Source: a virus
Lineage: Duplodnaviria; Caudoviricetes
DNA length: 64,000 nt
IMG/VR virus record: IMGVR_UViG_3300026159_000398
Direction: 5' to 3' (one strand)
Shown in pieces: positions 11,701-19,661 of this stretch (positions within the stretch are counted from its first letter, which is position 1; every line of letters starts with the position of its first letter). The position numbers were made by a program, and so were the translations under genes. The notes below the pieces were generated by a model that was not told the origin of the DNA, did no database searches, and saw only the letters and a list, made by a program, of their open reading frames with translations.

Positions 11701-12174
11701 AGTTACAACGATATTATCAAAATAATTAAATTTGCCATCATTATCTTTCTTAATCAATTCAAATGAAACACGTTCGCCATTTGGGTTTGTACCATAAACG
11801 GTTTGGAATTTTGGAATGACTATGGTTTCATTAAGAAGATCATTTTCAATTATGGCTTGTAATTCAACTTCAGAACCTGTGCACTGTTGCAAATCAACAC
11901 GCATATCCATGAGGTTGTCGTTAATAGCTTGTGGAGAAAATGCTTGATTGAGAAACTTTTCTTTTAATTGGTGATTAGCACTCTTAGCGTTTTTCTTGGC
12001 CAAAAAGACGCCCATTTCCATAATCATTTGGAATGCATTTTGAAATAAATCTCCATCATAGATGGTATTCCAATTGGGGTCTAATTGGATTTTTGTAATA
12101 ATGTCGTCTTTCCAGTCCTGAGTAGAACTGCCAACGAGGTTTGGAGATGCTATCTTGTCGAGGGGGCGTAACAT
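8788..12174 (-). CDS. Baseplate wedge subunit (T4 gp6 / baseplate-J like) with large insertions
   Basis: KILFGNESFGG..., SGGGERTN, ATGGADREDLFRAQIFAP..., IIDATD are J/gp6 motifs; 1128 aa. Confidence 0.8.
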   Translation of the reverse strand: MLRPLDKIASPNLVGSSTQDWKDDIITKIQLDPNWNTIYDGDLFQNAFQMIMEMGVFLAKKNAKSANHQLKEKFLNQAFSPQAINDNLMDMRVDLQQCTGSEVELQAIIENDLLNETIVIPKFQTVYGTNPNGERVSFELIKKDNDGKFNYFDNIVVTPTVEFRDYFVVMAYAGTTFAYEYEITAEMKENFVINIADTDIIDNSIRVFFITAAGARVELPYTDSFVVEPVYIEPYFPESTSSGAPHWTVKYNYDGSAKILFGNESFGGAFEDEHIGKYIRVFGRSGGGERTNVNSGMINYKLAINISGGRILTATLTNANDATGGADREDLFRAQIFAPYRFGRDKTIIDATDAQTALYSRVIKHELLSPLYTDDPTFENVPILHAFHRIVPIRNFANFEFPDVETSDTADTYNVKFLAALQTFCNVVGAHGEVVEGEEVTDFVYPDINGMTYVSYIPENKYPLSGSLRAYAYDINGRIVDSVVFNSNYVTDQKNQGYSSSSALTEHATVTSNEFSTILVVNNAYGRNDKLVFSIDYDVFPYIFTIIMTTGIKTYKEYAEELQAAIVADIAANAGTIFGSYVNYQFVTYTANINNGALGTITINSPLTGSSSKITIRDNGTLDTVSDPQYNIYLFLGFEKKNYRPTNETGLVFDLGNTYKYNDNILTLNFKQDYEVTETRLHDSLGIVVNHASVTGPSINIILTDEDGYLYRLFEAESMTVEAYDSGDNLLETLTFANISSLQDTNGTIDNVTPIIFNDTTVSKFDYDAAKITINFLNNVTTPVYDSAYPTIYRVDIVRLIETSPGVYEEDTEFTPIEFLESSGNYTYDITSSTGAVVTLTMTSDQNNTISIGDSIVVKFIHRDALGLLSVVESAKILNIEDSLINNTFETPETVESVVDMTYTNGGNPGNRYERANRAIVFKFIDGVLNSGITYYVKGYATFAYLKIHYHKKTYETVAIDYEPNPYYPEGEAASLIAVLNNTSKRLIGLENIIKKVTFEPRPILVSLTVKRGYGVAEAVDAAKQQLNLDFDYANQNHEHTIGSLMTKQIIKNSIAKIASTYGIIDITINNNEDTDSPFTTVTQYKYKFVSEELYEQLRLLENSKTQLSGLSDKYKILVSAVSEELKA

Positions 12175-12175
12175 T

Positions 12176-12805
12176 TTATGCCTCTTTTATTTTCTTTTTA
12201 TATGGTCCTCGTGGACCAAATTTGCGGCCAGTTAATGCAAAACTAATTTTCTTTTTTTGTTCTTCGGACATTGGTTTATGTGTACGATTCTTTAATGTTT
12301 CACTAATTTTTGCTTTTACTTCAACAGAACGTTTTTTTCCTTTATTACCTAAACCAATTTTAATTTTTGTTTCTGCAGAAGGTTCTCCGCGTAATTTTCC
12401 CGTGAGTGCTTGACTAATTTTAGGACGTTTTTGTCCAGTATTAGATGCACTTTGTTTTTTAATTGATTCTAATGAACGTTTATGTCCTATTAACGACATT
12501 CGAATTTTTTGTTTTGTAGTTTCTAAATGTTGCTTTTTATGACCTTCACCGCCAGCCGTTATATTATAACCATAAATAGGATTTTGTGAATCATAAAATT
12601 TAATACATTCTTGTTCCGCGATGTTTAATTCTTCTTTGGTCTCGCAATAACCAAGAATTCTTTTCTCTAATAAATGAGATCGTTTTTTAATGACATTTTT
12701 AATAATTTTTCCAGAACCTAAATAATTAGCCTTTTTGTTGGTTTGTTGACCTACATAAACTTTATTATTGTAATGATCTATTGTTAAATAAATTAAGCCA
12801 CCCAT
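12176..12805 (-). CDS. GIY-YIG homing endonuclease with NUMOD3-like repeats
   Basis: GLIY...KVYVGQ...YLGSG...E..CI...YGYNITAGGEG. Confidence 0.9.
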   Translation of the reverse strand: MGGLIYLTIDHYNNKVYVGQQTNKKANYLGSGKIIKNVIKKRSHLLEKRILGYCETKEELNIAEQECIKFYDSQNPIYGYNITAGGEGHKKQHLETTKQKIRMSLIGHKRSLESIKKQSASNTGQKRPKISQALTGKLRGEPSAETKIKIGLGNKGKKRSVEVKAKISETLKNRTHKPMSEEQKKKISFALTGRKFGPRGPYKKKIKEA

Positions 12806-12813
12806 AATTCACC

Positions 12814-13182
12814 TTAACTTAATACGAAGACTTTGTGTACAAGAGATTCGTATGATTGTTCTTTAGTTTGATCTGCAAAATGCCATGCTAGATAAATAAT
12901 AATTCCGACAGTCGCGCCATCAGGAACGATATCGCAGCCAACGGCTTCAAGCACAATTCTAGGTTCGTAGTTTTGAATAAGATTGGTCGCCTCTTGAATG
13001 ACTGCGATGGCTGTTTTTTCTACAGCGCCTTCATCGAGATAATCAAGAATACGTGAACCTTTATTCAGGCCGTTAATTGACGTGCCTAATTCTGTGAACA
13101 AAAGACGTTCCAATGTGGCGTGCATTAAGACTTCATTGGCAGCAATCTTTATATCGTTTTCAGTAATTATTAAACCTTGCAC
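12814..13182 (-). CDS. Baseplate wedge gp25-like (sheath initiator)
   Basis: LERLLFTELGT...GSRILDYLDE...IQNYEPRIVL matches the GPW/gp25 pattern; 122 aa. Confidence 0.8.
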   Translation of the reverse strand: MQGLIITENDIKIAANEVLMHATLERLLFTELGTSINGLNKGSRILDYLDEGAVEKTAIAVIQEATNLIQNYEPRIVLEAVGCDIVPDGATVGIIIYLAWHFADQTKEQSYESLVHKVFVLS

Positions 13183-13796
13183 TCTGTTTTCCTTTTTAAT
13201 CTATCTTGAATTACCATTGTTGAACAATTCAACATTTTTGCTATTTCTCGCATCGTTTTATTTTGTGATCGTAATTTTTTAATTTCTTCTACAGATATAT
13301 TCTTAAAACGAGGATGTTTAGTCCCTCTTCTTTTACTACATTTTTCTTTAAAAATATTTAATTTATTGTTCGCTTCTTCTTGACCGTATTTTTCAATCCA
13401 AACATCACGAACAGATTTTCCATACATTGGATTATTTTTACCAATAGAATTATTGATTCGTTTTAATTTGCCTTCATCAGATAACCTGGAAAAAGTATCG
13501 CCACCATTACCACCATCTGTATGATTATATAATTCATGTTGCGAGTTCATTGCAGCAATAAAAAATTTTTCCATTTCGTTTAATTCTTCTTCAGAACTAC
13601 ATATAAATATCTTATTCCAAATGAAGTTTTCTTTTCCATATTTTCTTATTGAATATTCTAAATGAATCAATCTTGCTTTATCTGAAGAACATTTTGCCAT
13701 ATATTCATGTTCTTGTCTACGTTTCTCAAGTCCATGTTTGGCTCGACCAACATAAAACTTACCAGTTATAATATTTTCGACTAAATAGATTTCCAT
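13170..13796 (-). CDS. GIY-YIG homing endonuclease with C-terminal HTH
   Basis: EIYLVEN..GKFYVG...R..EH...SIRKYGKENF...YNHTDGG; C-terminal MREIAKMLNCS. Confidence 0.9.
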   Translation of the reverse strand: MEIYLVENIITGKFYVGRAKHGLEKRRQEHEYMAKCSSDKARLIHLEYSIRKYGKENFIWNKIFICSSEEELNEMEKFFIAAMNSQHELYNHTDGGNGGDTFSRLSDEGKLKRINNSIGKNNPMYGKSVRDVWIEKYGQEEANNKLNIFKEKCSKRRGTKHPRFKNISVEEIKKLRSQNKTMREIAKMLNCSTMVIQDRLKRKTECKV

Positions 13797-16700
13797 TACT
13801 TAAAGATTTTCTTAAAAATACTTAGAGCATTATTACGAATAGTGTTAATTTCATCTTTGGCGTCTTCGACTTTACCACCAGTTACTTTAACTTTCTCAGC
13901 CGCCAGAGCATAAAGATCTGTAGCTGAAGAGGTAAAAGACTGTGTTGTTGGCATTCCAAAACAAATTAAAAAGCCACCATAAAACATCTTTTCATTTGGA
14001 TTGAATTCTTCTTCATTTTGTGCAAGAAGTTCTGCAGTTTTTTCGTTAATGAAACTTTCGGTAAGAGTGTTCAATATAGAGTCACAATATGTTAATTCAG
14101 ATTGTGCAATTTCTCGTAGAATTTCTGCTGCTTCCAATCTGCCACCTGAATTAGTAATTTTGGCCGTTGCGTTTTGAACACGACTTGTTATTGGAAAAGT
14201 TTTATCATATCCTTCTTCGAGTTCCAACTCATTATATGTCTGAGTATATGTTGCATCATTCTGACTTGGCATTGTATCAGCTACTAAAGATGCAACCAAA
14301 TTATTGATGGCTGTGTTTTGAGTAGTTATATAATCTTGAAGAGTAGCATCCAATCCTTCTTTAATAAGACGATAATATTCAGCTTGTCTCCAGTGTGTAT
14401 AAGCATTCAAGAGAAGTTTATTTAATTCTTGAGTTTCAATGACACCATTATCATACGTTGCTTGATTTTCTTCTGCTAAAGTTATGTTGGCTTGTTGAAC
14501 AAGAATATCCGCTTGATAACCAGCAATTTGGCCATTTTTAGTTGTGATATCGTCTTCTGCATCACTTATCAACCCTTCTAGTTCAGCAATTCGTGCAGCA
14601 TGTCCAGTTGGGTCAACGGCTTCCCAATAGGTTTTTTCAGCAGTCCAATCAGCTATTTGACCATTTAAAGTTGCAATTTCATTTTGTCTTAATGCAATAT
14701 TTGCATTATCGGCATCAATGGCGTCATTGTAACCATCGACTGCATCAAGATATGCTTGGTAAACAATTTCACGATCAGCTTTAGAAGTTGTTAGTGAACC
14801 TTGCAAAGTACTTATTTGAAGATCATAAATAACCAAGTCATCTTCATTTTCAACAGGATTGGCTGTCACAAATGCAGTTACCGTGTCTCTAGCTTCGGTG
14901 TAACGGTCCAATAATGTCGTATATTCAATATCATGTTCTGATTTTAATTGAATCAAAAGATTCTTTTGAGCAACCAAAGCAGCACGTTGTTGTGTGTAAT
15001 CTGGAATAGTTGGACCGTATGGGTCATTATATTGTGCATCAAGAGCGTCTATTTGAGCTTGAGTACTGGCTTGCGCCTCAGCATTAACAACATTAAATGC
15101 AGATGTAGATGCCAATTCTGCAGTGAATAAAGTAATTTGAGTATCTATCCAAGAACGGCTTCCAGTGGCCGCTATTTCAGCATCGTAAAGATCTGCATAA
15201 CTTGCTATGACAGCATCTTGTGCTTCAATTTCAGCTTCTGTTTCTGCAACTAATGCATCATAATTGGATGCGGCTTTTGCAGTCTCAAATGCTTGAGTTT
15301 CTGTTTGAATGACATTCAAATTAGATTGTTTTACTGTTACAGCTAAATAATTTTCATTTGCAACATTATATTGATCAGCCGCAATTCCTCTATCTTGAGT
15401 AACTTGTTGTTTGTATTTACCAACGTTGTTAATCATTTCAGGAATAGTTGACGCATTTTGTGTAATTGCAAGAACGGCTTCAGGATTATTGGACAATTCA
15501 AACGCTTTGAGAACTTTTGTAATGTTGGTTCTTACGGTTGTAAATGGCTTGGTTTTCTTGAGTGCTTCAATAACTCCAGGAACTCCGTCATTTGTGTCGA
15601 AGTTCAGAATAAATCCTTGCGAAAGCGTCAACAAAGCATCGATCAATTTATTCAATTGCTCGATGATATTAAGAATATGTTCTGCGAATGCGACCCATTG
15701 TTTAATAGTTGTAATAACTGAATCGATATTATCAAAAATAGATGAAGTCAATGGAATATTAATTTTAAAGCCACGCATTCTATCAAGAAGCAATTCAATG
15801 TAGCGGAAAATATCTCTCAAGAATATGTCGAGCGTCACACCAAAGAAATTAGGTTCTTCACCATAACTGGCAACGTCTTGAGGAAAATCAAAATCAGCGC
15901 CAACTTTCTTTAATAGTTGACCATAATGTTTTTCTGCATCTTTAAAACCATCAAACGAAGTCAATGAGGAACTGGCAGCACTTTGAACAATATCAGGAAT
16001 AACTTTAAAACCATCAAACGAAGTCAATGAGGAACTGGCAGCACTTTGAACAATATCAGGAATAACTTTCATTGCTGCCCAAACATCTTTTACAGCGTCA
16101 AGAGATGGAACACAGAAGCCAACAATAACCACTTTCATGTAGTCGCCTTCACTGAATAATGGGCGACCAGATTCGAACACAGCCGGAAAATCACTCTTTG
16201 TTAATGTGGTTATTTTAGGAGTCGAATTATGATGAAGATCTTCTACTTGTTTTCCTGCTGCAGCGTCCTCAATTGTTCTATTCATTAGTGCGAGCACTGG
16301 TTTTCCAGGTTTGTCATTGGGGTCAACAAATGCTTCACAAATAACGTTAATCCATTCGTAATATGTTTCAGGTTTATATTTCCATAAGAAGATCAATTCA
16401 AGAATATCACGAATTTGTTTATTATATGCTTCGTAATATTCAGCTGGCAAATCACGAATAGTTTTTTCAAAATCTTTGAATATAAAAAGCTCATATTCAC
16501 TTGGCTTTTGGCCTTTTTTAATTTTTTCTAGAACACCATTTAATTGAATTTTATATTGTTTTAGACCGGTCTTTTCATCATCTGGTATTTTATTTATTGC
16601 ATCAAGCAACATTTGGTATGAAGAAGCCAATGAAGCTTGTTGATCTGTTATTTTTGAATAAGAAGAAAGTTCACCTTTCCACCATTCATTACCATTTAAA

Positions 16701-17041
16701 AAACTATCATCAGCATACTGAACTGGAAATTCTTGAAAATGGTATGAGAATAAATCAAGACCATAAACACCGGTAGAGCGCACACTATCCATCAACGATT
16801 CTACTGTATTGATGAACGAATCAAGAAAAGCTAATACTCCTCTATCTGCAATTGACTCAATCAATTTAAGAATTTGCATGAATGATTGAACATTATTGAG
16901 AATATCATCAACAGTGTCCATGATTTCTTTAACTGAATCAAGACCACTTTGAACTGATGAAGTTACTTGACGAACTTGGCGAAGTGAAGCACTATCAAGA
17001 AGGTTAAATGTTTTCCATTGAGGAACAGGAGCGTTAGCCAT
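13796..17041 (-). CDS. Large baseplate-region structural protein with long acidic coiled coil
   Basis: Probable start MANAPVPQW (SD AGGAG); long A/Q/E/D-rich heptad-like central region; lies between gp5-like and gp25-like genes. Confidence 0.55.
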   Translation of the reverse strand: MANAPVPQWKTFNLLDSASLRQVRQVTSSVQSGLDSVKEIMDTVDDILNNVQSFMQILKLIESIADRGVLAFLDSFINTVESLMDSVRSTGVYGLDLFSYHFQEFPVQYADDSFLNGNEWWKGELSSYSKITDQQASLASSYQMLLDAINKIPDDEKTGLKQYKIQLNGVLEKIKKGQKPSEYELFIFKDFEKTIRDLPAEYYEAYNKQIRDILELIFLWKYKPETYYEWINVICEAFVDPNDKPGKPVLALMNRTIEDAAAGKQVEDLHHNSTPKITTLTKSDFPAVFESGRPLFSEGDYMKVVIVGFCVPSLDAVKDVWAAMKVIPDIVQSAASSSLTSFDGFKVIPDIVQSAASSSLTSFDGFKDAEKHYGQLLKKVGADFDFPQDVASYGEEPNFFGVTLDIFLRDIFRYIELLLDRMRGFKINIPLTSSIFDNIDSVITTIKQWVAFAEHILNIIEQLNKLIDALLTLSQGFILNFDTNDGVPGVIEALKKTKPFTTVRTNITKVLKAFELSNNPEAVLAITQNASTIPEMINNVGKYKQQVTQDRGIAADQYNVANENYLAVTVKQSNLNVIQTETQAFETAKAASNYDALVAETEAEIEAQDAVIASYADLYDAEIAATGSRSWIDTQITLFTAELASTSAFNVVNAEAQASTQAQIDALDAQYNDPYGPTIPDYTQQRAALVAQKNLLIQLKSEHDIEYTTLLDRYTEARDTVTAFVTANPVENEDDLVIYDLQISTLQGSLTTSKADREIVYQAYLDAVDGYNDAIDADNANIALRQNEIATLNGQIADWTAEKTYWEAVDPTGHAARIAELEGLISDAEDDITTKNGQIAGYQADILVQQANITLAEENQATYDNGVIETQELNKLLLNAYTHWRQAEYYRLIKEGLDATLQDYITTQNTAINNLVASLVADTMPSQNDATYTQTYNELELEEGYDKTFPITSRVQNATAKITNSGGRLEAAEILREIAQSELTYCDSILNTLTESFINEKTAELLAQNEEEFNPNEKMFYGGFLICFGMPTTQSFTSSATDLYALAAEKVKVTGGKVEDAKDEINTIRNNALSIFKKIFK
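15940..16069. repeat. Exact in-frame 63-bp tandem duplication
   Basis: KVIPDIVQSAASSSLTSFDGF encoded twice with identical DNA; CTTT at the junctions. Confidence 0.95.
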
Positions 17042-17285
17042 TGGCGTGCTCCTTTGCAAACTTCAATGCTTCTTCATATTCCTTTTTTGCAGTTTCTATA
17101 TTTTTTGGGTTCTTATCGCGATATTCATGCATATCATGGATTCTCTTACCGTTTTCTAGCAAGTCTTCCACAGCAGATCCAAGATGTTTTACTTTTACCT
17201 TCTGTACAATCAACATCTTCTCAATACCTCGCGTTAATTGTTGTAACGCGTTTGATAATTCATAAAGGGCATTATTATTGTCCAC
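17034..17285 (-). CDS. Hypothetical protein (probable GTG start)
   Basis: Fills the gap between neighbours and overlaps both; GGAG upstream of the GTG. Confidence 0.5.
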   Translation of the reverse strand: MDNNNALYELSNALQQLTRGIEKMLIVQKVKVKHLGSAVEDLLENGKRIHDMHEYRDKNPKNIETAKKEYEEALKFAKEHANG

Positions 17286-18543
17286 TACACATCTCTCCAG
17301 CATGAGGAATACCAAGAATAGGACAAAACTGAACTGCACAAAATGGTCCAGTCCCTGTTGGCACAACTGTTTTTGGTCCTGCTTTTATAATGTTTGCAGG
17401 ACTCAAATCAAGTTGTGGCGTCGTAGTTTTTATCAAAACTTGGCCAGTAATTTCAACATTGGCAGTAGCATCCAATTTAAATGAAGTTTTTGTCTTCATG
17501 TCAATATCCATTGTGGCATCTACAATGAATTTCATTTTTGGTTTATTTTCAATGTTCATGTCAGTGATCATTGTGGCTGCGCCCTTTGATAATTCAAGAG
17601 AAGCAGAAACTCCAGAAAAGTTTTTGATCTTCAATGACATTGCTTTCACGAGCATTTCAGAATACAACGCCGATGCTGGTTTTCTTCCGGCATAAACAGA
17701 CAATGAATTGATTTCAGAAAGACAGTTTATTTCAATGTCTCCGCCACCTGTACTTGCAATCAAATCACCTTGCGCAACATTAAGTTTAAATGATGTCATA
17801 CTGCCAGAACCAGGTGTGGCCCCACCAACAAACATTCCACTACAAACATTCACTGTAAGAGCACCAGCATCTAAAACCATCATACTTCCAATGCTGATTT
17901 TAGATTCTACTGCTTTCAATAAAAACTTATTTACACCACCAAACTTCTTAAAGAAGTCTGATTCACCTGAATTATAGAGTCCACCAGTTACATAGAGATT
18001 ATTTTTGCATGTAAGATGGATATCACCACCACTTACGAACTTTATTGGTCCAGCAGTTTCAAATGAAGCTTCAGTGTCGGATAATTTAAACTTTGATCTT
18101 TTAGTGGTAACTTTGAATTCAGAATTTGTGAAGTCTAAATGACTATTTCCTGTTGCGATATTAAGACTATTTTTGGTAGCAAGAAAACTTGCTCCAGGGT
18201 TTACAATTGAAATTACATTATCATTGACCTTAACGAATGCATTATTCTTATCGTTCGCAAGAAAGATTTCACCAGGTTTTTGTTCAACTGTTTTTGTGCG
18301 AACATCTTGAACAACATCTTGGATAGCTCCCAACCAAAACATATTTTGGCGATCACCACCAATAATCAATACCAACCCTTGAGTATTAACTTTAGGAATT
18401 CTAGCTCCGCTAAACACAACTGCATTAAATAGTGTATCTGATGTTTCACCACTATTGATCATTACAGACACAAGATTATTTGAAATAGCACTCTTTACTG
18501 TTGCATATTCAATTATTCCTGCTTTTGAACCCATTCCTGACAT
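17275..18543 (-). CDS. Baseplate central spike (gp5/gpV-like) with Cys/His tip
   Basis: N-terminal OB-fold-like region (IPKVNTQGLVLIIGGDRQNMFWLG), beta-strand-rich body, C-terminal GPFCAVQFCPILGIPHAG. Confidence 0.7.
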   Translation of the reverse strand: MSGMGSKAGIIEYATVKSAISNNLVSVMINSGETSDTLFNAVVFSGARIPKVNTQGLVLIIGGDRQNMFWLGAIQDVVQDVRTKTVEQKPGEIFLANDKNNAFVKVNDNVISIVNPGASFLATKNSLNIATGNSHLDFTNSEFKVTTKRSKFKLSDTEASFETAGPIKFVSGGDIHLTCKNNLYVTGGLYNSGESDFFKKFGGVNKFLLKAVESKISIGSMMVLDAGALTVNVCSGMFVGGATPGSGSMTSFKLNVAQGDLIASTGGGDIEINCLSEINSLSVYAGRKPASALYSEMLVKAMSLKIKNFSGVSASLELSKGAATMITDMNIENKPKMKFIVDATMDIDMKTKTSFKLDATANVEITGQVLIKTTTPQLDLSPANIIKAGPKTVVPTGTGPFCAVQFCPILGIPHAGEMCSGQ

Positions 18544-18854
18544 TAAATAACACCTACTGCTATCAAAGCATTGCGATCGAGATAATTTATTTCTCGGCCT
18601 GCGTAATATTCACTTATGCCATTTGTAAAGTGATTTATACAATCCAGAACCCAATCGAGTGATTGGTCACCAACCAGGCTGAACATAAGTTTATCGGGAC
18701 GATATTGCTCTTCTGGTTTAATTATATGCTTTTTAAAGTAGTTTTTATACGCAGAAAAGTCAGGAGTGTATGCAATTCCAAATACATCAATAAATTTTTC
18801 GTCTATATCATCAAAGATACGAAATTGTGTTGCGTAATCGAAATAATTAGCCAT
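18543..18854 (-). CDS. Baseplate wedge gp53-like (LysM-like)
   Basis: YRPDKLMFSLVGDQSLDWVLDCIN matches the gp53 RPD..A...YG....W pattern; probable start MANYFDY. Confidence 0.7.
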   Translation of the reverse strand: MANYFDYATQFRIFDDIDEKFIDVFGIAYTPDFSAYKNYFKKHIIKPEEQYRPDKLMFSLVGDQSLDWVLDCINHFTNGISEYYAGREINYLDRNALIAVGVI

Positions 18855-19659
18855 TGTAGTTACGTACTCCACCGAGTGTTCGTTTTACATTTACTTGAGA
18901 ATAATCTTGAGAAATTTCTTTATACGCAAAACATGAGTTACCGACTTTGGTCATGAATATTTTATCACCACTTAATGCTTGCCACATAGGATATGAACTT
19001 CTTAATTCAATGGTGATTTTACGAAGCATAGGAAGTCCAGTAATAATATCAAACGGTGGTATTGTTTCGATGTTAATGTCTTTCATAATAACAGGCATCG
19101 ATCTGAAAATGTTTCCAATGTTTAAAAGCAATTTTGGAGGAGGCATAAATCCATTGGTATATGTAGGGAACACCAATGATTCAAGTTTCTTTTGGATTCC
19201 TTCGATGCGCTCAAGAGACCAATATGTTCTAAGATCTGTATTGAGACGAGTTTCAGCTAGGTATTGTAGAACTATTTGGAAGTCTTGTGCATTGCTATTA
19301 GCATAAACACTGATGCCCTCAAAACGACCAATGATTTCAGAATAGTCTGTGTAGTTGGCTGTCTTTTTCCAGTCAGGAATTTTCTCAACATACTGGAATG
19401 GTATTTGTAAATCGCTAGTACGAATAGATGTATTGCGCGATTGGAATGAGCGATCCCAGTCATTTATAACTAATCCAAACATAAAAGCATTTGGATTTAT
19501 CATTGAACCAGTTTTGTGGTAACTCGTGTCCCAATATTTTCCAAGCACACTGAGACCACCAAGTTGTTGAAGTTGTTCAATGCGATCTTTAAACTCTGTA
19601 GTATTTTGAATTTGTGCAATTTTGTTTTGCACATCAGCGATGTTGGCTATATCAATCAT
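18847..19659 (-). CDS. Tail tube initiator / baseplate-tube junction protein
   Basis: EIIGRFE...LVFPTY...PPPKLLLNIG...VIMKDINIE typical of contractile tube initiators; lies between tape measure and gp53-like genes. Confidence 0.65.
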   Translation of the reverse strand: MIDIANIADVQNKIAQIQNTTEFKDRIEQLQQLGGLSVLGKYWDTSYHKTGSMINPNAFMFGLVINDWDRSFQSRNTSIRTSDLQIPFQYVEKIPDWKKTANYTDYSEIIGRFEGISVYANSNAQDFQIVLQYLAETRLNTDLRTYWSLERIEGIQKKLESLVFPTYTNGFMPPPKLLLNIGNIFRSMPVIMKDINIETIPPFDIITGLPMLRKITIELRSSYPMWQALSGDKIFMTKVGNSCFAYKEISQDYSQVNVKRTLGGVRNYNG

Positions 19660-19661
19660 AA

